Below, one piece after another: positions 49,329-58,415 of a stretch of DNA of 64,000 nt (position 1 is its first letter; each line of letters starts with the position of its first letter). The position numbers and the translations under genes are program-made. Under the pieces are notes generated by a model, which saw only the letters and a list, made by a program, of their open reading frames with translations, made no database searches and was not told the DNA's origin. This stretch comes from Bacteriovoracaceae bacterium (GTDB lineage Bacteria; Bdellovibrionota; Bacteriovoracia; Bacteriovoracales; Bacteriovoracaceae), in NCBI GenBank assembly GCA_965217035.1, contig OZ244226.1, forward strand, positions 1,966,146 through 2,030,145, read 5' to 3'.

Positions 49329-49457
49329 ATGAAAGAGCTATTGACCATAATTATGATATTTGGAAGTACTTTACTATTTGGAAGCAACTTAGAGAACTAT
49401 CTTAAAAGTTCTGAAGTAGAAGAATATCTAATAAAAACGATATGTGAAGACCGATAA
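49329..49457 (+). pseudogene. Short signal-peptide ORF, probably truncated
   Basis: MKELLTIIMIFGSTLLFGS... stops after 42 codons. Confidence 0.3.
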
Positions 49458-49507
49458 AAAGACGAAAAAAATATTAAGTTTGTGATCGAAAAAACTGGAG
49501 GAATAAA

Positions 49508-49855
49508 ATGAAAAAATTGGCTGTAGTAGGAATGATGATTCTAGGAAGTCTTTCGAGTTTTGCCTCAAATAGCTTAATTGGTAAATGGTGCCTAGTAGGT
49601 AATTCAAACGATTACAAACAAGAGATTACTTTTACAAAGAGTGGAGAAATTATTGGTTTAATTATAGAAAATAATGATGAGTTAGATCCATCTTTAGGAA
49701 TATATACTATTAATAATCAGACTGTAACTATACAATTTTATAGCGAAGAAGGTTTGGAAGACTCAATATCTTCAGATTTTAAAATTGAAAAAAATGGCTC
49801 TTTAAGTTTAGGTAATAATGAAGGAATTCATTTTATCTATAAACAGTGTAAATAG
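49508..49855 (+). CDS. Small secreted protein (lipocalin-like beta fold possible)
   Basis: GGAGG RBS; signal peptide; LIGKW..ITF...G...G.Y pattern; two Cys. Confidence 0.65.
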   Translation: MKKLAVVGMMILGSLSSFASNSLIGKWCLVGNSNDYKQEITFTKSGEIIGLIIENNDELDPSLGIYTINNQTVTIQFYSEEGLEDSISSDFKIEKNGSLSLGNNEGIHFIYKQCK

Positions 49856-50122
49856 CACTCATTGAATAAAGTGGCTGAGTTTTAAAGAAAAGCTCAAATC
49901 TAAAAAATACATATAATAAGTTCGAGAAAGTTCGTTTTTTACAAGCTTTCTCGAGTATTATCTGAGCACTTTCGAGCGAGACGATTAATAAATGTCCGTT
50001 TTATCTACAAATTAACTCTATTTGAATTATTTGCCTGTCTAAAAAATTGGCAGGGTCCGTAATTATTTCAATTTTAAGTTTCAGAGCTCTGGTAATGGGT
50101 GACCTTCCAATATAATAACAAT

Positions 50123-50571
50123 ATGAAAAATCTAATTATTATGACGACCTTAATGGCTTCTCTTTCTTCTTTTGCTGGGCTTCATTGCATTCTCGAAGAT
50201 TCAAAAATAAGCCTCGCTATGAGCTGTTATAAGGACATCGACAACTGTAGCGTTTCAGAAAAGAACATTCTCAATATTAGATACGCTCTAGCTAATTATA
50301 TTAATAAAACAAACAACATCGATAAAACCATAGGTATGGAAGACGTTGAAGATATGGACCGAGAATTATTTGATAGTCTTTATTATGATACTTTCACTGA
50401 TGGGGCTCGAAAATCAGAGAGAAAAAAATCTTTAAGCAAGTACTCGATATTTCCAGAGATAAAGATACTCTTGACTCTAAAGATGTTAAAGAAGAAGGTT
50501 ACGAATATAAAGAGGCTATTTTGAGTGTTTTCGCAGAAGTGTGCGAGCTGATTGACAGTAATCTTGAGTAA
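50123..50571 (+). pseudogene. Secreted hypothetical protein, apparently frameshifted at an A7 run
   Basis: Signal peptide. Frame 0 ends at 50524 with a basic tail; the -1 frame after A7 (50422-50428) gives a more typical acidic tail to TAA 50571. Confidence 0.5.
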
Positions 50572-50955
50572 ATAACCTTATGGCTCCTTCAAAATCCAGT
50601 TAAACTTAAATCTTGTAAGCTTCTACTAAGCTCTTAATTCCGATATATCAATATAAAAAAAGTTAAGACCTTATAATTAGTCGGATTTTTTATTGTTCTT
50701 TTCTCTGTGCTCTTTGCAGTTTTCAATTCTGTAGATCTAAGTGAATAAATTAACTGGTTACCAAATTCTTTTAGAGTATTTCAGGTCCTTTTTTTATAGG
50801 AAACACTTGCGAAGGATAAAAACATCTGATTTCTGAAACGAACAAATCTATCGAGTGAGTACTTTTTACATTTCTTTAATAAAGATTTTTTTTTAAGCAA
50901 GATAATGCTATGAGTAATAGGCTCTCTAAATTATTGTTTTCTAGAGGAATTTAGA

Positions 50956-52212
50956 ATGGTTATTGCATCAAATTTTAATAAAGCATTATTAAGCTTTTTC
51001 TTTTGCTTATTTATAAGCTCAAATGTTTTTGCATCAGGAAAACCTTTTAAGAGAACGTTAATTTTACCAGGGGGAGGTTTTAAGACTTCAATGCATCTTG
51101 CGACTTATCATGCGATGGTTGAAGCAGGAGTTGCGCCTGACTTGATAGTAGGAATTTGTGGAGGAGCTGTTGCCGCTGCTATTATTGAAATGTTTCCTGA
51201 TGATATTCAGGCCCAGAAAGACTTCTTACTTTCTGAGGACTTTCATGGCTTCACAAAAGAACTCAATATGAATATGGACAATGCCAATAAAGCGATTAAA
51301 GCAATTGGGAAAGCTATATGGGCTTATCGGATTGGGAGAAAAAGAATTCCAGATTTCTTCAATCATAGCATTTATAGTCAAACTAAAGATTTATCAGATT
51401 ATTTCAATAATACGCTTTTTAAACCAAAATCGGAGAATAAAAGTTTCTCTACCATTATTGCTGCAACTAAAATGAAAGTTAGACCTGAAGATATTGGAAA
51501 ATTAACTTCTGAAGTTGAAAAGTTTGAAAGGGATAAAACTTTTCAAGAGGCTTACTTCACTGATAGCGTAACTGCTGAATTACTTTCCGATCACAAAGCT
51601 TCATCTATCGTGACAGACTTCCCATCCGCCCCTTTTGCGAAAGAAATTGATTTTATTACCGATCAAAATATTTATTTCGCTGCTCGATCAAGTATCACCG
51701 ATCCATTTCTCTTTAACCCAATAGAGGTTAATGGACATTATATGTTAACTGGAGCTTCTAATGTCTTGCCAATCAACTACTACAATAAAATAAGTGATAA
51801 GGTTCATTTCTATTATAAAAATGGACTAGATACATTACTTGAGTATATTTTTACGAGAACCTTTAAAACGCCTATGGCAAAAACGTTAAAAAAGAACCTT
51901 AAAGGGCGAAAGGATTTTCTCATTACTGATGATTCATTTATTATAGAAGACGGAAAAGGTGGGAAATATAATTTGACGATTGAACCAGATGTTTCCGGGA
52001 TTTCTTCATCTAGTATTCGTTCTCTTGTATTAGCGATTGTTACCCGAGGAAGAACTATTAAGATACGTAATAGAATCCCTGAGAGTTATGATCAATATGT
52101 TAAGATTATGAGTGGACAATATACTATCGCAAAGAAAACAGTTGAAGCTATTTTAGAACTCGAGGGTATATTGAAAAATATTAAAGATCCGCTTGCCTAT
52201 AATAAAAAGTAA
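50956..52212 (+). CDS. Secreted patatin-like phospholipase-family protein (Cys at the nucleophile elbow)
   Basis: LILPGGGFK oxyanion loop, PDLIVGICGGAVAA, AARSSITDPFLF.P; DGG motif replaced by TGA. Confidence 0.75.
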   Translation: MVIASNFNKALLSFFFCLFISSNVFASGKPFKRTLILPGGGFKTSMHLATYHAMVEAGVAPDLIVGICGGAVAAAIIEMFPDDIQAQKDFLLSEDFHGFTKELNMNMDNANKAIKAIGKAIWAYRIGRKRIPDFFNHSIYSQTKDLSDYFNNTLFKPKSENKSFSTIIAATKMKVRPEDIGKLTSEVEKFERDKTFQEAYFTDSVTAELLSDHKASSIVTDFPSAPFAKEIDFITDQNIYFAARSSITDPFLFNPIEVNGHYMLTGASNVLPINYYNKISDKVHFYYKNGLDTLLEYIFTRTFKTPMAKTLKKNLKGRKDFLITDDSFIIEDGKGGKYNLTIEPDVSGISSSSIRSLVLAIVTRGRTIKIRNRIPESYDQYVKIMSGQYTIAKKTVEAILELEGILKNIKDPLAYNKK

Positions 52213-52669
52213 TTCACTCTTTTGCCAAATTTCATCATGCTGAGATTTTGTGAGGTTATCTTAAGTTAGGAGAATCCATAGCTAATATATCTGTTGATGT
52301 CGTTAAAGAAATTTACGCTTAACAGACTTGTTTCACATTTATGGACAAGAGGAATTAAGTTGTGTCTCATTTAGTCACTGATGATATTGATCAAAGCTTC
52401 AGTCTTTAAAATGATTACAAGGTAAGAACCTGTCCATATTTCATACAGAATGATAAAATCTGTTCCTATCTCTTTATCTGACTTTCTTACTTGGCTTTAG
52501 TTGCCAACTTTTTATGGTATTAAGATTATTTTTAATATATCGCCAATACAATGTGATTTCAATCTCTTATGACGGCAATTCTTGAAAGTTTAGATTGTTA
52601 GCCCGATGTCATGATAAAATATCACTATGAAATAACGAATAATTCTCTTTAAGAAGGGAAGGGGTCGAT

Positions 52670-54229
52670 ATGAGTAACGAAAAAGGTTTTAGTCTTATTC
52701 AATCTATGATTGCAGTTGGAATTGCAGGTATGATCGGTGCAGGTACGATGAATCTTATGCATCAACAGTCAAAGATTTTGAAAACAGCAGAACGTTCTTC
52801 GACAATTAATCAAATTCATAATCAGGTCTTTACTGTTTTAAGTACAGGTACAGTTTGTACTCAAATTCTTCAAAATAGATTAGGGAGTGGAGTATTTTTG
52901 GAAGGGGCAAGTTCTTCTTTAAACGATGGTGAGCAATTGAATTATGTTGTTCAAGGAGGGTCTGTGCCCGTAACTCTTGTTGAAGTGGGAGAAACTTACG
53001 ATGGGGTAAGGGTGACAGGAGTTGATATCCAAAGGACTGGAACTGCCCAAGTAACCTTTTTTCTGGAATTTGAAAAAGAAAGGGATAGAACGGCCAGTGG
53101 AGAGGCGATTAAGAGAGGTACCTATGGTTCACGAGTAAGAGTGAAGCCTGTTGTTTTAGCGGCTAACTTTAGTGGGGACGTTTTTCAATCATGCCATGGT
53201 GTCGACACCGCAATATCGGAAAATGTTCAAGAAGAATTTTGTGTCAATTCGCTCGGTGGTACTTGGGACCCAACCCAAACACCTCCATGTTCTAATTTAC
53301 AAAACGTTGATGAAGAAATCTGTATTAATATTATCGGTGGTAATTGGGATGCAAGCACTAATGAGTGTTTAGGGGCAGAGCTTGGGCTTTATTGTAATGC
53401 TACAGGTACTGTTTGTATCAATCCAGAGCTTTCTTGTGGATCAGGAGAAGTTCTAGTTGGTTATAGTAGTTCAACTGGCCAACCAACCTGTATTAATATT
53501 GGAGATGCTATTGCTGACGCTATATCCTGTGGAGCGGGAGAAGTTCTTACTGTTGCTGGTGGAAGTCTTCAATGTGTTGCTGCTACGACAGGAGGAACAA
53601 CCTCGGGCGGGGGAACAGCAACAACAACAACAACAACGTTGGGGCTAACTCAGTATGTTTGTACGACTTCAGGTTGGTCTTCTATGGGAGCAAGTTGTTC
53701 GACAGAGACTCCTGGCTGTTTTACTGCATCTCCTGTTTTAAATGGAGCCAATTTCTGTTGTTCATCATCTCCTAATCCATCAAAGTGTTCTGGTATGTCT
53801 GCGGTTACAACAACGACTACCACAGGAATGCTGACGGGGAAAAGGTGGAAGTGTAATGCACCCGGGTCTTCATCCACTGGTAGTTTTATTCAGGTTGGGA
53901 GTTGTACAACTAGCTCTTATGCGTCATGTACAGGAGGAGGTAGTAGCATGATAACGGCGACACATGGAGATGGAATTTGCTGTCATCCAAGTGTGACAAA
54001 CGTAACAGGTATTGGATGTACTGGTGGAGGCAGTAGCAGCGGTGGTGCTGCTGTTGGTGGTGGAACCTGTAGCGGTTATATTGCAACTCAATGGTGTAGA
54101 GCTGGTGGTCAAAATGGATGCTTTGGCTATAGTGGAAGTGATGGTAATGGACCTTTTCTTTTAGGTGCTGGGTGCTGTGGAGGAAGTCCTCCTTCTGTAC
54201 CTGTTTATGGTTCTTGTAATTCTCCTTAG
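52670..54229 (+). CDS. Prepilin-like (type IV pilin N-terminus) protein with a Cys-rich modular C-terminus
   Basis: KG|FSLIQSMIAVGIAG class III signal plus hydrophobic helix; Gly/Thr/Ser/Cys-rich tail. Confidence 0.75.
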   Translation: MSNEKGFSLIQSMIAVGIAGMIGAGTMNLMHQQSKILKTAERSSTINQIHNQVFTVLSTGTVCTQILQNRLGSGVFLEGASSSLNDGEQLNYVVQGGSVPVTLVEVGETYDGVRVTGVDIQRTGTAQVTFFLEFEKERDRTASGEAIKRGTYGSRVRVKPVVLAANFSGDVFQSCHGVDTAISENVQEEFCVNSLGGTWDPTQTPPCSNLQNVDEEICINIIGGNWDASTNECLGAELGLYCNATGTVCINPELSCGSGEVLVGYSSSTGQPTCINIGDAIADAISCGAGEVLTVAGGSLQCVAATTGGTTSGGGTATTTTTTLGLTQYVCTTSGWSSMGASCSTETPGCFTASPVLNGANFCCSSSPNPSKCSGMSAVTTTTTTGMLTGKRWKCNAPGSSSTGSFIQVGSCTTSSYASCTGGGSSMITATHGDGICCHPSVTNVTGIGCTGGGSSSGGAAVGGGTCSGYIATQWCRAGGQNGCFGYSGSDGNGPFLLGAGCCGGSPPSVPVYGSCNSP

Positions 54230-54583
54230 AATTAATTTAGAGAAAAATGCTTATATTGCTTTTTTTATCAGTGTGGATGAAATTAGCAATAAATTAAGAG
54301 GGTAATCATAAAAGAAATTAATAAAGATGAGTTCGTAGAAAAGAACTCAACTTGATCCTCAATAATATGTTTGAAAGTTCCGTTCCACCGGAATTATGGA
54401 TTTCCTTATATCTCGAGTTATTCTAATGAAATTTATTTAAAACATCTCGCAGTCAGAAGAAGTCAGAATTCTTAATAAAAGATTTGTATTTCAAAGTTAC
54501 CGTGTTCTTGTCAAGTAATTGTCAGCTATGTTCCAATTATTAGGTATTTTTATGATAAGTTTCATTTTCCCAAGGAGGGTCGC

Positions 54584-55291
54584 TTGAAATATCGTCAAAT
54601 AGTTTGGTCAATTCTGATCTTGTTGTTGTCGTCAAATCTCTATTCAAACGTCAAAGTTCTTTCAAAAAAAATTGACAAAACTTCGGCTACGTATTCAGTA
54701 GAGCTTAACGATTTAGTTTCAAATTTAAATGGAAGGTTAACACCAAAAAGTCTTGAAAAAGTTGTGACTTCGATCCCAGGTGTTGTTTCTGCTACTTATT
54801 TTTCGAAAGTAGAAGAAGGAAAAAGTTTTCCTAAGAAAAAAACTTATATTTATCAGATTCGATTTAGTAGAGGACTGGTTAAGTTCGATGGTCTTGCTAA
54901 AATCAAATCTTCTAAACTTTGTTCAGTTGCTGAAAAAACAGCCAAGGCGAGCAAGTGTAAAAACTTTTCTTTAAGTGTTGTTGCTCCGGTTGGAGTCGCA
55001 CATGCTCACTCTGATTTTATGAGTCCAAGTCGTTCTCCTGAATCTTTCTCTAAGTCATTTTCTTTAAAGCTTAGTTTTAATGAGACAACAAAAGCTGATA
55101 AAACGAAAGGTATAAAAGCTACTTACTCGCTCTTTCTTTCTAACGATTTATACTCATCTTATCTTTATGAGTTAGTAAAAACGAAGAAGATCGAGTCCGT
55201 TCCTTCTTCAGAAGCAATTCTGAAAAGCTTTGTTTCTTACCTCGATAGCAATGTCATCACGGTAAGCGATCCATTTATAGGAGGTCTATAG
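54584..55291 (+). CDS. Hypothetical secreted basic protein; first gene of the subtilase operon
   Basis: GGAGG RBS before TTG; signal peptide; 1-nt gap to the next gene. Confidence 0.65.
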   Translation: MKYRQIVWSILILLLSSNLYSNVKVLSKKIDKTSATYSVELNDLVSNLNGRLTPKSLEKVVTSIPGVVSATYFSKVEEGKSFPKKKTYIYQIRFSRGLVKFDGLAKIKSSKLCSVAEKTAKASKCKNFSLSVVAPVGVAHAHSDFMSPSRSPESFSKSFSLKLSFNETTKADKTKGIKATYSLFLSNDLYSSYLYELVKTKKIESVPSSEAILKSFVSYLDSNVITVSDPFIGGL

Positions 55292-55292
55292 A

Positions 55293-56969
55293 ATGAAATC
55301 ATTAATTTTATTTCTAGCAGTTTTAATTTCTTGTGGGCCTCAAAGCTCTAATAAAACAACTCAAAATAACAATCTAGATATTTTTCCTGGTCGTTATCTT
55401 GCTGAAGTTTCAGATGAATCTGAATTTGAGTCAAGAATGTCAGCTAGTAATTACTCGTTTGTTAAAGTTGATGAAAATATTTACGAGGTCATGATCGGAG
55501 AAGATAGTACATCTGTTCTTGAAGATTCGACTGATTATTTCGAGCCCGTTCACAAGATTACTCTTAATAAAAGACCTATCGATACAAAGTATCTTTCACT
55601 TTGGGGAATGAATAACCTTGGACAAGGAACTCGTGGATCGATTGAGGGAAAAAAAGGTGCAGACATTCAAGCTGAAGAAGCTTGGGATTTAACAACAGGA
55701 AGTAAAGACATTGTTGTTGCAGTTATCGATACTGGTATTGATTACAAGCACCCAGATCTTCGCCAGAATATGTGGATTAACAAGGCTGAAAAAGAAGGTC
55801 TTGCAGGTGTTGATGATGACGGAAATGGTTATGTCGATGATGTTCATGGTTACAGTTTCATTTCTGATCCTCTTCACGAACCTCATCATGGTGTAGTTGG
55901 TCATCCTGATCCAATGGATGATCAAGGTCATGGAACTCACTGTGCAGGAACAATCGGAGCTGTTGGAAATAATAGAATCGGAGTTGCAGGAGTTAGCTGG
56001 AATGTAAGTCTGATGGCGATCAAGTTTCTCGATGAAAATGGATCAGGGTCTTCTACTGATCATTATCGTTCACTGAAGTATGCTCTTGATAATGACGTTG
56101 ATATTATCAGCGCGAGCTACGGTGGAGGAGGGAAGTCTCGCCTCATTATGAAAATGCTTAGCAAGCTTGCTCGAAAAGGAACTCTTTTCGTAGCAGCAGC
56201 AGGTAATGATGATTCTAATAACGATATTAATAAGTCTTATCCTGCAAGTTATGACTACAAGAATATTCTTTCTGTAGCTGCTACAGATAACCATGATAGA
56301 CTTGCTAGCTTTAGTAACTTTGGTGAAGCGACAGTTGATATTGCAGCTCCGGGCGTTTCTATCATGAGTACTTTGCCAACAAAGCTTGTTAAGTCTGGTT
56401 ATGGAATCTATTCTGGGACATCAATGGCAACTCCGCATGTTGCGGGAGCTGCTGCTCTTCTTCTTGCGCATGATCCAAGTTTAAAAGGGAATCCAGTTGC
56501 AATTAAAGAAAGACTGATGAAAAACTCAGACAAACTACCTAATCTTATTGGTAAGGTAGCTTCTTCTGGAAGACTTAATATTTTCAGAGCAATGACTAAT
56601 GAGAGTAAATTGACTGTTATGACTGAGTGGAAAGAAGAATCATACTCTCTTCAGACGATCCAAAATCCGAGTGACAGAGTCATTGCTATTTATAAAATTG
56701 AAAAAGCTGGGGCTAAGGCTTTGAAACTTTATATTGATCAAGCTGTTGTCGATACATCTTTTGATAAAGTTGCAATCTATGACAAGGGTTATAATGAAGT
56801 CTTCAATTTTGGTGCAATTGATGCTGGCTTTTGGACTCCTGCAGTAACGGGTGACACTATTTACTTGATGGTTAGTAATGCGGTTGTGAAGACTGACAAG
56901 TCGAACGGTCCATTCGGTAACTTCAATACAGATGGTGTGAAAATTTCAAAAATTAAGTTTATAAAGTAA
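55293..56969 (+). CDS. Subtilisin-like (S8) serine protease lipoprotein with a C-terminal CUB-like domain
   Basis: Intact triad VIDTG / HGTHCAG / SGTSMATP, oxyanion AAGN, lipobox LISC. Confidence 0.93.
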   Translation: MKSLILFLAVLISCGPQSSNKTTQNNNLDIFPGRYLAEVSDESEFESRMSASNYSFVKVDENIYEVMIGEDSTSVLEDSTDYFEPVHKITLNKRPIDTKYLSLWGMNNLGQGTRGSIEGKKGADIQAEEAWDLTTGSKDIVVAVIDTGIDYKHPDLRQNMWINKAEKEGLAGVDDDGNGYVDDVHGYSFISDPLHEPHHGVVGHPDPMDDQGHGTHCAGTIGAVGNNRIGVAGVSWNVSLMAIKFLDENGSGSSTDHYRSLKYALDNDVDIISASYGGGGKSRLIMKMLSKLARKGTLFVAAAGNDDSNNDINKSYPASYDYKNILSVAATDNHDRLASFSNFGEATVDIAAPGVSIMSTLPTKLVKSGYGIYSGTSMATPHVAGAAALLLAHDPSLKGNPVAIKERLMKNSDKLPNLIGKVASSGRLNIFRAMTNESKLTVMTEWKEESYSLQTIQNPSDRVIAIYKIEKAGAKALKLYIDQAVVDTSFDKVAIYDKGYNEVFNFGAIDAGFWTPAVTGDTIYLMVSNAVVKTDKSNGPFGNFNTDGVKISKIKFIK

Positions 56970-56980
56970 GGAGATAGGAA

Positions 56981-58102
56981 ATGAAATTATTAACTCTATC
57001 CATATTAGCGACATTAGTTTCTTGCTCTTACCGTTCTACGGTTATTCCAGCAAGGACAACTTTAGACCCGATCCCTGTGACTGTTGAACACAAAGTGGGC
57101 GCGGATACATTAGCGACAAGACAAACGAACTTAAACCTTAAAGAAGTTTGGGAAAACTATCCATCTTCTAAGAGGGTAAAGATTGCTGTTCTTGGTTCTG
57201 GAGTTGATTACAATCATGAAGATATTAGAAAAAATATCTATGTAAACACAAAAGAGTTTCCAGAAGGAACAAATCGACTCGATAAAGCTGAGAATGCCAA
57301 AGATGATGATGGAAATGGTTACATCGATGATATCGTTGGATTCGACTTTGTAGACAATGATGGTCTTCCTTATGAAAAGATGAGTGAGTATGGAACAGCC
57401 GCAGCAGGAGTTATTGGGGCTGTTCATGATAACTCTCGTGGTATTAAAGGGATTAACAAAAAGGTCAATATTATTCCTGTCCGTTATATTGACGAGAATG
57501 GAATTGGTCGTGTTAATCACTTTTATAATGCTCTTAAGTACTCTCTAAAAGCTGGAGCTGATGTCATCTATGTGCACATGGTTAATTTAGACTTTAGCCA
57601 AAGAATTGATTTAGCTGCTCAGAAATCTGCATTTGCATCAATCTTAAAAGAGGTTTCAGAGAAAAATGTTTCTATTGTTCTTTCAGCAGGGAGCTTGAAC
57701 TATAATCTTGATAGTTCAGGAGGGGGGCTTATTAGCATGCTTGCAAAAAGTCCAAATGTTATTATCGTTACGTCAGTTAATCAGAATAATGAACTTTCGG
57801 TTATCAGTAACTATGGTGTCGAGATGGTTGACATGGCCGCAAGTGGAGATAATATCTTTAGCACTGCTCCAAGAAACAAGTACAAAGCTTTTTCTGGAAC
57901 TCATATTGCGGCAGCTCAAGTTGCCGGGGCACTTGCTTACGCACACTCTCTATACTACGGAGAACTCAGCGTTGAAAAGCTTCACGCTGCTTTATTTGAG
58001 GAAGGGGCAACTGATATCCTCAATAAGCTTAAGTTTCTTGTTAATGGTTCAAACAAACTTAATATCAAGAAGTATCTCGATTTCTTAAGTCTTGCTCGAT
58101 AA
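56981..58102 (+). CDS. Catalytically dead subtilase homolog (pseudoprotease), lipoprotein
   Basis: S8 scaffold with VLGSG (D>G), EYGTAAAG (H>Y), SGTHIAA (S>H), SAGS (N>S); lipobox LVSC; intact ORF. Confidence 0.85.
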   Translation: MKLLTLSILATLVSCSYRSTVIPARTTLDPIPVTVEHKVGADTLATRQTNLNLKEVWENYPSSKRVKIAVLGSGVDYNHEDIRKNIYVNTKEFPEGTNRLDKAENAKDDDGNGYIDDIVGFDFVDNDGLPYEKMSEYGTAAAGVIGAVHDNSRGIKGINKKVNIIPVRYIDENGIGRVNHFYNALKYSLKAGADVIYVHMVNLDFSQRIDLAAQKSAFASILKEVSEKNVSIVLSAGSLNYNLDSSGGGLISMLAKSPNVIIVTSVNQNNELSVISNYGVEMVDMAASGDNIFSTAPRNKYKAFSGTHIAAAQVAGALAYAHSLYYGELSVEKLHAALFEEGATDILNKLKFLVNGSNKLNIKKYLDFLSLAR

Positions 58103-58114
58103 ATTTTTCTATAT

Positions 58115-58144
58115 AAACCGGTCGCCGAAGCGACCGGTTTTTTT
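58115..58144 (+). terminator. Intrinsic terminator of the subtilase operon (possibly bidirectional)
   Basis: AAACCGGTCGC-CGAA-GCGACCGGTTT perfect 11-bp stem plus T run. Confidence 0.9.
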
Positions 58145-58148
58145 GCCT

Positions 58149-58177
58149 AAAAAAAGAGCCCGCTGGCAGACGGACTC
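58149..58177 (-). terminator. Intrinsic terminator ending the lysine-riboswitch transcript
   Basis: Minus strand GAGTCCG..CGGGCTC stem followed by T7. Confidence 0.85.
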
Positions 58178-58246
58178 AGATTGGGAAGAACGAAGAGGCT
58201 CAACCCTTTGAAGTATCTGAAATATGCTTGGATTTTAAACAAGATT

Positions 58247-58412
58247 CCAGAAGCTCTCCACGTCGAACGTGACAGTGCTGAGTTTTTAAACCCTAACACC
58301 AGCCAAAAAGTAATTTTAGGATCACTAAAGGCTTCGGCGAAACCCACCTCCAAAAATCTTCATTGAGCCTAAACTCTCTGATCTTATTCTTTGGGAATCG
58401 CTCCTCTTCTTT
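58247..58412 (-). ncRNA. Lysine riboswitch aptamer (L-box)
   Basis: Minus strand has the conserved motifs in order: AGAGGAGCG, UGAA, CGCCGAA, UGGU, ACUGUCAC, GUGGAGAGCU. P1 is AGAAG/CUUCU, P5 is CACGU/ACGUG, and the L2-L3 kissing loops UUUAGG/CCUAAA are complementary. Confidence 0.88.
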
Positions 58413-58415
58413 CAT

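Noticed and set aside
52584..52609. Possible sigma28 promoter GAAAGTTT-N10-CCCGATGT before the prepilin-like gene
   Set aside because: Both boxes and the spacer deviate from consensus; too weak to call.
53621..53638. (ACA)n trinucleotide run as a contingency repeat
   Set aside because: In-frame poly-Thr linker; short, and length change would not shift the frame.
58147..58366. ORF-track ORFs 58147-58353 (-) and 58181-58366 (+)
   Set aside because: They lie inside the riboswitch aptamer and terminator, have TTG starts without a clear RBS, and show no recognisable motifs.
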